DNA of 64,000 bases, from positions 1,152,001 to 1,216,000 of the forward strand of contig CAXWPH010000015.1 in assembly GCA_963666055.2 (NCBI GenBank), written 5' to 3'. How positions within the stretch are numbered: position 1 is the first letter of the stretch; each line of letters begins with the position of its first letter. The notes under the pieces are model-generated. The model ran no database searches and was not told the origin of the DNA. It saw nothing but the letters and a program-made list of their open reading frames with translations. The stretch is from Acidobacteriota bacterium. GTDB lineage: Bacteria > Acidobacteriota > UBA890 > WLXD01. Shown here piece by piece: positions 18,898-30,100 of this stretch. The position numbers and the translations under genes are program-made.

Positions 18898-20391
18898 TCA
18901 CGCAGCGCCGTTTCTGAGGAACCCCTTGGCCAAAAGCACCGATAAAGCTCCGACGAAGTCGGGTAGAGCGACTGCTGGGTAGTGCTCGTTGTATGCGGCG
19001 AACAGGTCGGGTACCTGCTCGTGGTCTGGAGCCAGCGCCATCAGGTGTCGTACGTCGATCCCGCGGAGGAAGCGGAGCCCGCCGGGAATGGCAGGTGTCG
19101 CCAGGCGCTGTTCCATTACCACGCGCCGATCGCCGATCGCGGGCGCCTCGATTACCTGCACGGTCGGCTCGACCACCAGCTGGATCGACGTGCCTGCCTT
19201 GAGTGCTTCGAATGCCGACAGAACCTCGCGATCGGCGCGGAGCGCGTCGACATCGTCGGGCGCGGCTTGCTGATCGTCGCCAATGGAGCGGCCGGTCCAG
19301 AACGGGTGATGGTGATCCTCCGCTACCGCCTCAAAGAAACGTGAGGCCTGCGAGCGGAAGCTGTCGTACATCTGTCGCTCGCGATCGGCAAAGAGCGCCG
19401 CGGCCGCATCGTGCAGCGCTGGCTCTCGCAGCCACGTATTGCTCACGATCGCCGCCAGCCAGCCCGACGCCAGGGCCTTCTTAACCCCAAACGACGATAG
19501 CGGATCGATGCACGAAGCGGCGTCGCCGAGCAGCAGAAAGTGCTCGCCGAACACCTGCTCGGCACGATACCAGGAGGCATCGCAGCCCCAGGGCTCGGAG
19601 TCGAGATTGGCGCCGTGGAGCAAACGTTTGAACGCCGCGGTGCGCTCTAGCGCTTCTAGGTAGCGCTGCTTCACCGTCCCGCGCGACAGCTCCGATACCT
19701 GTGGATCGAGCATGCACGTGAAATAGCGGTGGCCGGTGCCGACCGGAACGGACCATGCCCAGCCTTCGGCGAACGATTCCACCAGGGTGTGGGTATCATC
19801 TGCCAGGTCCCAGGGGTCGTCGCGCTGCCAGGTTCCGATCAACGCCACGGTGCGAGATGGCTCGGGCTCCGGGTGCCATCCCATGGACCGAGCAACCACG
19901 CCCTGTCGTCCGGATGCGTCGAGCAGGTAGCGCGCCGACACTTCGCCCGCACCGTTTTCTGTGGCGTAGCGGACTCGTGCGGGCTCGATCTCGACGGCGA
20001 CGTCGACCACGGTGGCGTCGCGAACCACTGTCGCGCCGGCGGTCTCTGCCGCGGCGAGGAGCAAGCCGTCGAACTCCGCGTGCCGCACCTGGTAGCCGGT
20101 CTCACCGCCGGCAAAGCACTCGGAGCGCGGTGCACCGCCGCCCCACCAGACGGTGTTGCCAGTCGAGCGCACGAACCCCGCGATGTCGACGGCGTCGAGC
20201 ACGCCGATCTCACGCAGGAGCTTGCGAACGCTTGGCGGCAACGATACCGCCAGACTGCGCTCCGGGTCCTCGGGGCGGGTCATCACCACGACGTCGTACC
20301 CCCAGAGCGCCAGCAGCCGCCCGGCGGCGGCTCCCGCCGGCCCGCCGCCGACGATGGCCACGTCGTACACGCGCCCGTCGCGGGTTACCAC
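18898..20391 (-). CDS. qhpG: FAD-dependent monooxygenase (Trp hydroxylase for CTQ biogenesis)
   Basis: GGGPAG, DASGR, GWAW and LLGDAASCIDPLSSFGV motifs; directly upstream of qhpA. Confidence 0.8.
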   Translation of the reverse strand: MVTRDGRVYDVAIVGGGPAGAAAGRLLALWGYDVVVMTRPEDPERSLAVSLPPSVRKLLREIGVLDAVDIAGFVRSTGNTVWWGGGAPRSECFAGGETGYQVRHAEFDGLLLAAAETAGATVVRDATVVDVAVEIEPARVRYATENGAGEVSARYLLDASGRQGVVARSMGWHPEPEPSRTVALIGTWQRDDPWDLADDTHTLVESFAEGWAWSVPVGTGHRYFTCMLDPQVSELSRGTVKQRYLEALERTAAFKRLLHGANLDSEPWGCDASWYRAEQVFGEHFLLLGDAASCIDPLSSFGVKKALASGWLAAIVSNTWLREPALHDAAAALFADRERQMYDSFRSQASRFFEAVAEDHHHPFWTGRSIGDDQQAAPDDVDALRADREVLSAFEALKAGTSIQLVVEPTVQVIEAPAIGDRRVVMEQRLATPAIPGGLRFLRGIDVRHLMALAPDHEQVPDLFAAYNEHYPAVALPDFVGALSVLLAKGFLRNGAA

Positions 20392-20448
20392 CGGATCGCC
20401 GCCGATGCCCCGTGCCCGTCGATCGAATCAGCGACCGGCACAGCCGCT

Positions 20449-21684
20449 TCAGACGGTTTCGGGAGTGCGGGGGGGCGGCGCGCCACTGGCTCTCAGAACG
20501 ATGAAGGCGCCGGCGCCGAGCAGAGCCGCGAAAGCAAACGAGACACCAGGGAAGCTCACCACTGCGTCGGCCGCCGTGAAGCGGCGAAACAGCTGCGTCA
20601 TCAACGGCGGCCCGATAATGGCCGAGACACTGAACAGGCTCGCCACCGCCCCTTGCAGTTCACCCTGTGCATCCGGTGGGACCCGCTGCGACAACAGGGA
20701 CTGGGTCGAGGGCATCACCAGCGCGCCGAGCAGCCAGGTGAGCTGAAGCGCGAACATCATCCAGCCGTGTGACGCGAAGGCATACCCGACGAACCCCACG
20801 CCACCGACGATCAAACCAAGCGAAGCGGTGAGATGCTCGCCCAACTTTGGAACCACGATGCGCGGCAGCGTGCTCTGGCCGACCACCATGATGATCCCGA
20901 AGGACGCCAGTGAGGCGCCGATCATGGCCTCCGACCAGCCGAACTTGAGCATCGTGTAGTAGGTCCAGACGCTCGGCATCACCTGGTGTGCGACCTGCCA
21001 CAGAAAGAGTGCCGCCAGCATGCCGAGCACCGCCGGATAGCGTCGAATCTGCAGCAAAGTACCGACCGGGTTAGCGCGCCGCCATTTGAACTGTCGCCGC
21101 TTGTCGTCGGCAAGCGTTTCCGGCAGCACGAACATACCGTAGACGAAGTTGGCCAAGCTCAGCCCGGCGGCGACGAAGAACGGAGTTCGCGGGCCGTAGG
21201 CACCCAGCAGGCCACCGATTGCCGGGCCGAGAATGAACCCGGCACCGAAAGCGGCGCCAATCATGCCGAAGTTCTGTGCCCGCTTCTCCGGCGGACTGAT
21301 GTCGGTGATGTACGCGTACGCGGTGGTAAACGAGGCTCCCGCGATTCCCGCCAGCGCACGCCCGACGAACAGCCAGGCAATCGTCGGCGCCATGGCCATC
21401 ACCAGGTAGTCGATGCCGAGGGAGGCAACCGAGTACAGCAATATGGGTCGCCGCCCGAATCGATCGCTCAGGTTGCCGAGGATCGGAGCGCACACGAACT
21501 GCATCATGGCGTAGGAGAACGCCAACCAGCCGCCGAAGATGGAGGCGCGGCTGAGCCCTTCCCCGGTCAGCTCCATGATGAGCTCCGGGGTGACCGGGAT
21601 GATGATCCCCAGTCCGACGGTATCCATCAGCACGGTCAGCAGCACGAAGACGAGCGCCAGCTTTCCAGGAGCTCGAGGGGACAT
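20449..21684 (-). CDS. TCR/Tet-family MFS transporter
   Basis: [19 protein letters not shown] (motif A) and [10 protein letters not shown]; about 12 TM helices. Confidence 0.9.
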   Translation of the reverse strand: MSPRAPGKLALVFVLLTVLMDTVGLGIIIPVTPELIMELTGEGLSRASIFGGWLAFSYAMMQFVCAPILGNLSDRFGRRPILLYSVASLGIDYLVMAMAPTIAWLFVGRALAGIAGASFTTAYAYITDISPPEKRAQNFGMIGAAFGAGFILGPAIGGLLGAYGPRTPFFVAAGLSLANFVYGMFVLPETLADDKRRQFKWRRANPVGTLLQIRRYPAVLGMLAALFLWQVAHQVMPSVWTYYTMLKFGWSEAMIGASLASFGIIMVVGQSTLPRIVVPKLGEHLTASLGLIVGGVGFVGYAFASHGWMMFALQLTWLLGALVMPSTQSLLSQRVPPDAQGELQGAVASLFSVSAIIGPPLMTQLFRRFTAADAVVSFPGVSFAFAALLGAGAFIVLRASGAPPPRTPETV

Positions 21685-21897
21685 GACCGCCCTTTCCGCC
21701 GGTTGAGACCGACCTCTATGAGGTTGGCCAGTACGCCGAGCACCGACCACGTTGGCCTACTCTGCCATGTGTCGCTGCCGAGTGTCCCACCACCGACCAG
21801 GCTCGCAGCAAGGTCACGCCGCGGTCGCGCAGCCGCGACTGTCAGCGCAGCATCGCGGTGTGAGACGCCACCGACCGGGTCTTGTAAGGTGGCAGCA

Positions 21898-22719
21898 ATG
21901 CCTGATCGAGCCGCGCGCTGCGTACCCGACACCCTGGTACAGGACTACGCTCGAGATGGCGCCGTCGTGGTGCGCGGTCTGTTTTCCGCTGACGAGATCG
22001 AGCTGTTGCGCGAGGGCATCGACGCCAATATCGCCTCGCCGAGCCCACGCTCGCTCGTCGCCAGCCGGCCCGATGACCCCGGTTGGTTCATGGAGGACTT
22101 CTGCAACTGGCAGGACAACCCTGCATATCGCCGCTTCATCGAGGAGACGGCGGTCGCGCCCGCCGCGGCGCGGCTGATGCAGTCGCGCCAGGTGCGTCTC
22201 TTCCACGACCACATGCTGGTGAAAGAGCCCGGCACCGCGCAACGCACTGCGTGGCACCAGGATCAGCCGTTCTACAACGTCGACGGGCGCCAGAACGTCA
22301 GCTTCTGGATTCCCGTCGATCCGGTTCCCGAGGAGTGGACGCTCGAGTTCGTGGCCGGCTCGCACACGGGTCCTTGGCTCATGCCGCGCACCTTCATGAC
22401 GGCCGAGGCCCGGTGGTTTCCCGCCGGCTCACTCCAAGAGGTCCCCGATATCGAGGCCGATCGCGACGCCTACCGCATCCTCCGTTGGGCCATCGAGCCC
22501 GGCGATGCCGTCGCCTTCCACATGCTGACGTTGCACGGGGCGGCCGGAGTGCAAGGAACACAACGACGACGCGTTTTCTCCGTGCGCCTGTTGGGCGACG
22601 ATATAGTCCACGCACCGCGGCCGTGGAAGACGTCGCCCGAGTTCCCCGGCATTGACGAGGAGCTGCCCGCCGGTAGCCCGATGGACCACTCGCTCTTCCC
22701 GGTGCTGGCGCAGAGTTAG
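21898..22719 (+). CDS. Phytanoyl-CoA dioxygenase (PhyH) family Fe/2OG oxygenase
   Basis: WHQD (HxD), GSH, PGDAVAFH..TLHG; start at ATG 21898. Confidence 0.85.
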   Translation: MPDRAARCVPDTLVQDYARDGAVVVRGLFSADEIELLREGIDANIASPSPRSLVASRPDDPGWFMEDFCNWQDNPAYRRFIEETAVAPAAARLMQSRQVRLFHDHMLVKEPGTAQRTAWHQDQPFYNVDGRQNVSFWIPVDPVPEEWTLEFVAGSHTGPWLMPRTFMTAEARWFPAGSLQEVPDIEADRDAYRILRWAIEPGDAVAFHMLTLHGAAGVQGTQRRRVFSVRLLGDDIVHAPRPWKTSPEFPGIDEELPAGSPMDHSLFPVLAQS

Positions 22720-22823
22720 CGCCCCGGCGCGCCGGCCAGGGGATCCCGTTCGTAGCGCCGGGCCGCTTGCTGCCGATAGAATGCTCGAGGCATAGAGGAC
22801 ACTAACTCCCCAAGGAGAACGGC

Positions 22824-23924
22824 ATGAACAAGCGCGTCCTTACCTGGTGCATTGCTGCCGCGATCGCGGTGTCGCTGGGCTGGATCTACCTGGATGAGGA
22901 AGGCACGCTGGTCGATCCGCCGATGCGGTCGATTGGTGCGCTCGAGTTCGCCGACGGCGTGCTCTTCGCTGGCGACTCGGTCGGCGGCACGCTCTACGCG
23001 CTGGAGGTTGGCAGCGCCGGCACGGCGCCGGATGAATTCCAAGCGGTGAGCAACCTCGACGCCAAGATTGCCGAGATGCTCGGGACCACGTCGTCCGAGA
23101 TCTTCGTCAAGGACATGGCGGCCGACAGCAAGTCGGGGGTCGCGTACCTGTCGATCATGCGGGGTGGCGGCAACGATGCGGCACCCGCGTTGATGAAGGT
23201 CACGCCAGACGGACAGGTGCACCACGTCGACCTGGCGCAGGTAGCCTATACGAGGCACGACCTGACCAACGCCCCGGACGACGACCCGAGTGAGCGTCGA
23301 AACCCGCGCTCGATGACGATCACCGACATCGAATTGCTCGGCGACGAGCTGTTCGTGGCGGGTCTGTCGAACGAGGAGTTCGCTTCGGTCATGCGGCGGG
23401 TTCGCTGGCCGTTCGCGTCTGCTTCCAAGGCTACCGGGCTCGAGATCTACCACGGTGCGCACGCCCAGTACGAGACTCACGCGCCGATCTACACGTTCCT
23501 GCCGCTCGTGCTGGACGGCGAGCAGCACCTGCTCGCCGGTTATCTGTGCACGCCGCTGGCGACCTTCTCGGTCGAGGAGATGCGCGGCGCCGACCGCATG
23601 CGCGGCAAGACGATTGCCGAGCTCGGCTTCGGTAACGTGCCGATCGACATGGTGTTGCTCGAACAGAACGGCGAGCAGTACGTCCTGATGACCAACTCCC
23701 GTCGTGGCACGATGAAGATCCCGATGAGCGACATCCGCGCGGCGCAGAGCAAGCCGAGCATCGAGCAAGAGGTCGGCCCGCGCACCGGCGTCGACTACGA
23801 GGGTGCGCCGCTGGGTCTGGTGGTGCAGATCGACAAGCTACGTGCCGACACGTTGTTGATACTCGAGCGCATGCCCGAGAACGGGGCGCTGAGGCTTTCC
23901 GCGCGCCCTTCCGAGTGGATCTGA
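22824..23924 (+). CDS. Uncharacterised exported, probably beta-propeller protein
   Basis: AAGGAG RBS; N-terminal hydrophobic segment; motif-like blocks GLSNEEFAS, YHGAH..ETHAPI, YLCTPL, GKTIAELG.GN.P.DM. Confidence 0.7.
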   Translation: MNKRVLTWCIAAAIAVSLGWIYLDEEGTLVDPPMRSIGALEFADGVLFAGDSVGGTLYALEVGSAGTAPDEFQAVSNLDAKIAEMLGTTSSEIFVKDMAADSKSGVAYLSIMRGGGNDAAPALMKVTPDGQVHHVDLAQVAYTRHDLTNAPDDDPSERRNPRSMTITDIELLGDELFVAGLSNEEFASVMRRVRWPFASASKATGLEIYHGAHAQYETHAPIYTFLPLVLDGEQHLLAGYLCTPLATFSVEEMRGADRMRGKTIAELGFGNVPIDMVLLEQNGEQYVLMTNSRRGTMKIPMSDIRAAQSKPSIEQEVGPRTGVDYEGAPLGLVVQIDKLRADTLLILERMPENGALRLSARPSEWI

Positions 23925-23940
23925 GCTGAACAAGATTCGG

Positions 23941-25041
23941 TTGACCGCGGCCGCGACGCTGATCGCGGCCGCGGTGTCAACCGGGTGTGCGGATCCGCCT
24001 GCTGACAAGCCTGAGCTGCGCTTCGTCGGTGATTCCGAGACCGGTTGGTATGTCGAGTTGACCGGAGTCGGCGCCGGTGAGCCGAATCTGGAGATCTACA
24101 CGGGTACGCCCGAGCAGCTCGATGGCCAACGGCTGCCTGTCATCGGTCGCCTGACACTGGATCGCGGCGTCGCCCGTTGGCGGCCTCGCTACCGGCTCGC
24201 CGCCGGTCAGACCTACACTGCGGTTTGGTGGCGCGACGATGACGAGAGGCTGGTGCGCGCGTTCACCGCGCCGCGCCGAGACGGCGCGGCCACGACGGTG
24301 GTGCGCGCCGTGTACCCGGCTGTGGAGACGGTTCCAGAGAACCTCTTGCGTCTGTACGTGCAATTCTCGGCGCCGATGAGCCGCGGTCGCGCGCGCCAGT
24401 TTCTCGAGCTGGTAGACGCCGATGGCAACGTTGTCAGCGGCGCCTTCGTGGTTCCCGAACAGGAGCTCTGGAGTCCGGATGGCGACCGCCTGACGCTGTT
24501 CTTCGACCCGGGCCGCATCAAGCAGGACGTCGGGCCGAACCTGGCCCTGGGAGCGCCGCTGCGCGCCGGGCAGACGATCACGCTACGTGTTTCTGCCGAC
24601 TGGCCCGACGGCGACAGCGCCCCCCTTGCCGAGGGTTTTGAACGCACCTGGATCGTCGGTCCGGCCGATCGGTCTCGTCCTGAGGCCGCCGACTGGACTC
24701 TATCCGCCCCGGCGGTGCCGGAGGCGCCGGTCGAGCTGTGGCTCGCTGAACCGCTCGATCACGCGCTGCTCGAACGCCTCATCACCGTCGAGTCATCGAG
24801 TGGGGAGCGGGTTCACGGCCGGTCGCTGGTATCCGACGGGGATCGACGCTGGGCGTTTACGCCCGACGAGCCGTGGTTGCCGGGTGCCTACCTCCTCCGT
24901 GTGGACCCGGCTCTGGAGGACCTTGCCGGCAACAGCCTGTCGCGGCTATTCGACCAGCCTTTCGATGCGGAGCGCGTCGGAACGCCAGCGATGGCGCCGC
25001 TACAGCTGCCTTTCGAGCTCGACGCTGGCGCGGCACGCTAG
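23941..25041 (+). CDS. Uncharacterised putative lipoprotein with Ig-like repeats
   Basis: VSTGC lipobox-like site; PENLLRLYVQFSAPM, ELW, LFFDPGRIK and LEDLAGN (Big_5-like); start uncertain. Confidence 0.65.
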   Translation: MTAAATLIAAAVSTGCADPPADKPELRFVGDSETGWYVELTGVGAGEPNLEIYTGTPEQLDGQRLPVIGRLTLDRGVARWRPRYRLAAGQTYTAVWWRDDDERLVRAFTAPRRDGAATTVVRAVYPAVETVPENLLRLYVQFSAPMSRGRARQFLELVDADGNVVSGAFVVPEQELWSPDGDRLTLFFDPGRIKQDVGPNLALGAPLRAGQTITLRVSADWPDGDSAPLAEGFERTWIVGPADRSRPEAADWTLSAPAVPEAPVELWLAEPLDHALLERLITVESSSGERVHGRSLVSDGDRRWAFTPDEPWLPGAYLLRVDPALEDLAGNSLSRLFDQPFDAERVGTPAMAPLQLPFELDAGAAR

Positions 25042-25183
25042 TGTTTCTCGGCTGGCGCCCGCTCCGCTAGCTTCTGCGTGTAAGGTTGGCGTTCGCGAGC
25101 GCGGTTAACCGACGATCTTCCCGGAGATCGCCCGGGCGATCGATATTACGTGCTGATCCGCGACACCGACGATTGGAGCAGCG

Positions 25184-27079
25184 ATGGAGAGCCGCCAGTC
25201 AGACCTCCACAGACGATCGTTGCAGGACCCGGCCGAGTTCTGGGCCGAGGCTGCCGAGGACGTTCACTGGTATCGCCGCTGGGATCGCGTGCTAGATGAC
25301 TCCAACCCGCCCTTCTACCGATGGTTTCCCGGCGCTCTAGTCAACACGTGCTACAACGCCGTCGATCGGCACGTCGAGTCGGGGCGCGCCGAGCAGCTGG
25401 CGCTGGTGCACGATAGCCCGGTCACCGGTACGACCGCGAGCCTGACGTATGCCGAGCTCCAGGATCGGGTAGCGAGATTCGCCGGGGGGTTGGCGGCGCG
25501 TGGGGTCGAGAAGGGCGACCGCGTGATCATTTACATGCCAGCGGTGCCAGAGGCGATCGTCGCGATGCTGGCGTGCGGTCGTATCGGCGCGATCCACTCG
25601 GTGGTTTTCGGGGGCTTCGCGTCAAACGAGCTCGCCACTCGCATCGACGACGCCAAACCCAAGGTGATCGTGTCAGCCTCCTGCGGCATCGAGGTCACTC
25701 GCGTCATCGAGTACAAGCCGCTCCTCGATAAGGCGATCGAGATGGCGTTGTTCAAGCCTGATTGCTGCATCATCCTGCAGCGCCCACAGGCCTTGGCAAC
25801 AATGGTGAATGAGCGCGACGTCGATTGGCTGGAGGTGGCCGACGAGGAGCCCGTCGATTGTCTGCCGGTGGCGGCCACCGACCCGCTGTACATCCTCTAT
25901 ACGTCGGGAACCACCGGCGTCCCCAAGGGCGTGGTACGCGACCACGGAGGTCATCTGGTGGCCCTCAAGTGGACGATGAAGAACGTCTACGACGTCGACC
26001 CCGGTGAGGTGTACTGGGCTGCCTCCGACGTTGGCTGGATTGTCGGCCACTCCTACATCGTCTATGCGCCTCTGTTCCATGGCTGTACCACTGTGCTGTA
26101 CGAGGGCAAGCCGGTGGGCACGCCGGATCCCGGCGCGTTTTGGCGGGTCATCTCCGACCACAAGGTCAACGTGATGTTCACGGCGCCCACTGCATTTCGG
26201 GCCATCAAGCGCGAGGATCCGGAGGGCGAGTTCATGCAGCGCTACGATCTGAGTTGCTTCCGGGCTCTGTTCCTCGCCGGCGAGCGCTGCGATGCCGACA
26301 CCCTCGAGTGGGCGCAGCGGCGGCTCGGTGTCCAGGTGGTCGATCACTGGTGGCAGACGGAAACCAGCTGGGCGATCGGTGCCAACTGTGCTGGGTTAGG
26401 TGATCTGCCCGTCAAACCGGGCTCGTGCGGCCTGGCCGTCCCCGGCTACGACGTGCGGGTGCTCGACGACGCCGGCAACGAGGTCGCAGTCGGCGAGACC
26501 GGTAGCATCGCCATCAAGACGCCGTTGCCGCCCGGCTGCCTACCCACCCTGTGGAACAACGATGACGGTTTCGTCGACACCTACCTCAGCGCCTTTCCCG
26601 GTTACTACTCGACCGCCGACGCCGGCTTCAAGGACGAGGACGGCTACTTGTGGATCATGAGCCGCACCGACGACATCATCAACGTCGCCGGCCATCGGCT
26701 CTCGACCGGCGGTATGGAGGAAGTTCTCGCCGCGCACCAGGACGTAGCCGAGTGCGCCGTGATGGGCGTGCCCGATGCCATCAAGGGCGAGATTCCTGTC
26801 GGAATGATCGTGCTCAAGGCCAACGTCGAGCGGGCCGATGACGAGATCATCGGCGAGCTCGTGCAGATGATCCGCTCGCAGATCGGACCGGTGGCCTCGT
26901 TCAAGGTCGCAACGATCGTCCGGCGTCTTCCCAAGACTCGCTCCGGCAAGATACTGCGCGGAACCATGCGCAAGATCGCTGCTGGTGAGGAGTTCAAGAT
27001 ACCGGCAACGATCGACGAGCCGGCGATCCTGGATGAGATCGCCGATTCCCTAGGTCGGCTCGGATACCCGGCCAGCTGA
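25184..27079 (+). CDS. prpE: Propionyl-CoA synthetase
   Basis: YILYTSGTTGVPKG, DHWWQTET, NVAGHRLSTG and LPKTRSGKILR. Confidence 0.9.
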   Translation: MESRQSDLHRRSLQDPAEFWAEAAEDVHWYRRWDRVLDDSNPPFYRWFPGALVNTCYNAVDRHVESGRAEQLALVHDSPVTGTTASLTYAELQDRVARFAGGLAARGVEKGDRVIIYMPAVPEAIVAMLACGRIGAIHSVVFGGFASNELATRIDDAKPKVIVSASCGIEVTRVIEYKPLLDKAIEMALFKPDCCIILQRPQALATMVNERDVDWLEVADEEPVDCLPVAATDPLYILYTSGTTGVPKGVVRDHGGHLVALKWTMKNVYDVDPGEVYWAASDVGWIVGHSYIVYAPLFHGCTTVLYEGKPVGTPDPGAFWRVISDHKVNVMFTAPTAFRAIKREDPEGEFMQRYDLSCFRALFLAGERCDADTLEWAQRRLGVQVVDHWWQTETSWAIGANCAGLGDLPVKPGSCGLAVPGYDVRVLDDAGNEVAVGETGSIAIKTPLPPGCLPTLWNNDDGFVDTYLSAFPGYYSTADAGFKDEDGYLWIMSRTDDIINVAGHRLSTGGMEEVLAAHQDVAECAVMGVPDAIKGEIPVGMIVLKANVERADDEIIGELVQMIRSQIGPVASFKVATIVRRLPKTRSGKILRGTMRKIAAGEEFKIPATIDEPAILDEIADSLGRLGYPAS

Positions 27080-27118
27080 CCACGGCCTGCTGGACCACAG
27101 TTCTCGAGAGGGAGATCC

Positions 27119-30100
27119 ATGAAGCTGGCTCCGTTCCGTTCGCGTCCACGCTGCCTTTCGTTCGCCTTTGCCGCCCTCGGCGCCCTGATCGTCGCGGCGT
27201 CGGTGGCGAGCGCCCAACAAGGCTCGGCCGGCGGTGACGATGGGCTGCCCTTGGAGCCCGACGGCAAGCTCGAGTTCACTACGGACGAGGGAACGTGGTT
27301 GTCGCTCGACGTGTTCCCCGACGGCCAGTCTCTGGTGTTCGACCTGCTCGGCGACCTCTACACGCTTCCGATCGGTGGCGGTACAGCGACGCGGATCACC
27401 GAGGGAATGGGTTTCGACAGCCAGCCGCGTGTATCGCCGGACGGCCAGCGGATCGCCTTCATCAGCGATCGGAACGGCAGCAACAACCTGTGGATTGCCC
27501 GCGCCGATGGCACGCAGCCACGCAAGCTGTCGTCGGAGCGCCGAGCGGCAATGATCTCGCCGGCGTGGACGCCCGACAGCCAGTACGTGATCGTGACGCG
27601 GCGCGAGACGCGATCCGAGCTGCGCATGTATCACGTCAACGGCGGCTCGGGCCTGACCCTGGGTAAACCGAGGCAGCCCGGCGAAGCGACCCCTGGTCCC
27701 GGTCGTGGCCCCACCGGGCCAGCGCAATTGGGAGCGGCGATGTCACCTGACGGTCGCTACCTGTACTTTTCCCAATCCGGTACCCGTAGCGCCGCCAACT
27801 TCCCGAGTTGGCAAATCGCGCGTATGGACATGCGCAGCGGCGACATCGATGTGCTAACCCAGGCGGAGTACAGTGCCGTGCGGCCGGCGCTGTCGCCCGA
27901 TGGAAGTCAACTCGTATACGCCACGCGCCACGAAACCCGCACCGGGCTTCGAGTTCGGAATCTCGAAACTGGTGCTGATCGCTGGTTGATATGGCCGGTG
28001 CAGCGCGACGAGATGGAGAGCGGCGCCGCGCCGAGCCGCGACACATTCCCAGGCTACGCGTTTACTCCTGATGGTGAGTCGGTGGTCGTAACCGCCGGCG
28101 GCAAGCTGTGGCGCGTGAACGTCGCCGACGGAGCTCCTTCGGCCATTCCGTTCATTGCCGACGTGGCCCTCGATATCGGCCCCGAGCTGGAGTTTCCCTA
28201 CCGACTGGAACAGGGGCCGGTGCGCGCCCGACTCATCCAGGATCCACAACAGTCGCCCGACGGCCAGCGGATCGCCATGTCGGTGCTCACCAAGATCTAC
28301 GTGATGGATCTTGCCGCCGCCGCCCCGCGACGGCTGACGGCCGGCGATGCCTGGGAGTTCAAACCCGCCTGGTCGCCGGACGGCGAGTGGATCGCCTACG
28401 TGACGTGGTCGATGAACGATGGCGGGCAGATCTGGCGTATGCGCGCCGACGGCGGCGGTTCACCTCAGCAGCTCAGCGAGCACCCGGCCTTCTATACCGA
28501 CATCGCCTACTCGCCTGAGGGCACGCGCATCGTCGGCCTGCGGGGCAACGAGTACGTGCGCCATCAGACCTTCAGCGAGTTCGGTGGCCTGCGGCTGCCG
28601 CTGGATCTGGTTTGGTTACCGGCCGAGGGAGGGAATGTGGAGCTGGTAGTGCCGGCGCGCGGTGTCGGCGCACCACATTTCTCCGGCGATCCGGAGCGCA
28701 TCTTCGTCTACTCCGACGACGGGCTGATCTCGCTTCGATACGACGGTACGGATCGTCAGGTTCACCTGAAGGTCACCGGCCCGTCTCGAGGTCCGCGCCC
28801 TGCTGCGGCGAACCGTGTGCTGATGCGCCCCAGCGGTGACTGGGCGCTCGCCTCGGTGAACAACCAACTCTGGGTCGTCGCCGTGCCACGGATCGCCGCT
28901 GAGCCGGAGGTTTCCGTTCGCGACGCGTCAGTGCCGGCTGAGCAGATTACCGACATCGGTGCCGACTACTTCGCATGGGCCGATGGTGGCGACACGATCA
29001 CCTGGGCGATCGGCTCGACGTTTTACCGGCGTGCCTTCGATACGATCGATTTCACCCCCGAGGCGACGGATGCCGACGAGGCGGAGGACGATTCTGCGGC
29101 CACCCAAGCCGACGCCAGCGATGAGCGCGGTGCCGGCGACGCGGACGAAGACCAGGAACCCGACGCCGATGACGACGAGCCGCACGCGCCGCGCGATGAT
29201 GCGGAGCACGTCGACTCGATCGAGGTCGTCCTCGAGTTCCCGCGCGCCACGCCGAAGGGGACGATCGTGCTGCGCGGTGGTACCGCCATCACCATGGCCG
29301 GCGACGCGATCATCGCCGACGCCGACATCGTGGTCACCGACAACCGCATCGTAGCGGTGGGGCAACGCGGGCAGGTGGAGATTCCGAATGGCGCCCGTCA
29401 GTTCGATATCACCGGCAAGTACGTCGTACCCGGCTTTATCGACACTCACGCGCATTGGGAGTTTCGCACCCACGACGTGCTAGAGCCGCAGAACTGGAGC
29501 CTGGTCGCCAACCTTGCATACGGCGTTACCGCTGGGCTCGACGTGCAGACATCGACCAACGACTACCTCGCCTATCAGGATCTGGTGGACACCGGGCAAT
29601 CGCTGGGCCAGCGCGCCCTGATGACCGGTGTCGGCATCTTTTCCAACAACGACTTCCAGAGCTACGAGGCAACGCTCGACTACTTGCGTCGCTATGTGCG
29701 CCACTATCGCATCAGGAACATCAAGTCGTACATGGTAGGTAATCGGCGACAGCGACAGTGGGTGGTGAAAGCATCGAAGGAGCTCGGGCTCATCCCCACA
29801 ACCGAGGGCGGCCGCAACTTGGCCCTCGACCTCACCCACGCCATCGACGGCATGCACGGAAACGAGCACACGCTTCCGGTCACGCCGCTGTTCAAGGACG
29901 TCGTGGAGCTTTTCGCGCGAACCCTGACGGCGTACACGCCAACCCTGCTGGTGCAGTACGGCGGGACGATCGCCGAAGAGTATTTCTACTCGCGTACCGA
30001 GGTACACGACGACCCGAAGCTCAATCGCTTCTACCCGCACAATCGGCTCGACGAGATGTCACGCCGCCGTCGTGGCTGGGTTCGCGACGACGAGTTCAGC

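Noticed and set aside
20449-21684. Tetracycline resistance gene tetA
   Set aside because: Family membership only; no adjacent tetR, and substrate cannot be read from motifs.
20986-21897. Long N-terminal extensions in the ORF track (also 44238-44627, 55306-55806, 9744-10043)
   Set aside because: They overlap neighbouring genes; downstream starts with coupling, an RBS or family-typical length fit better.
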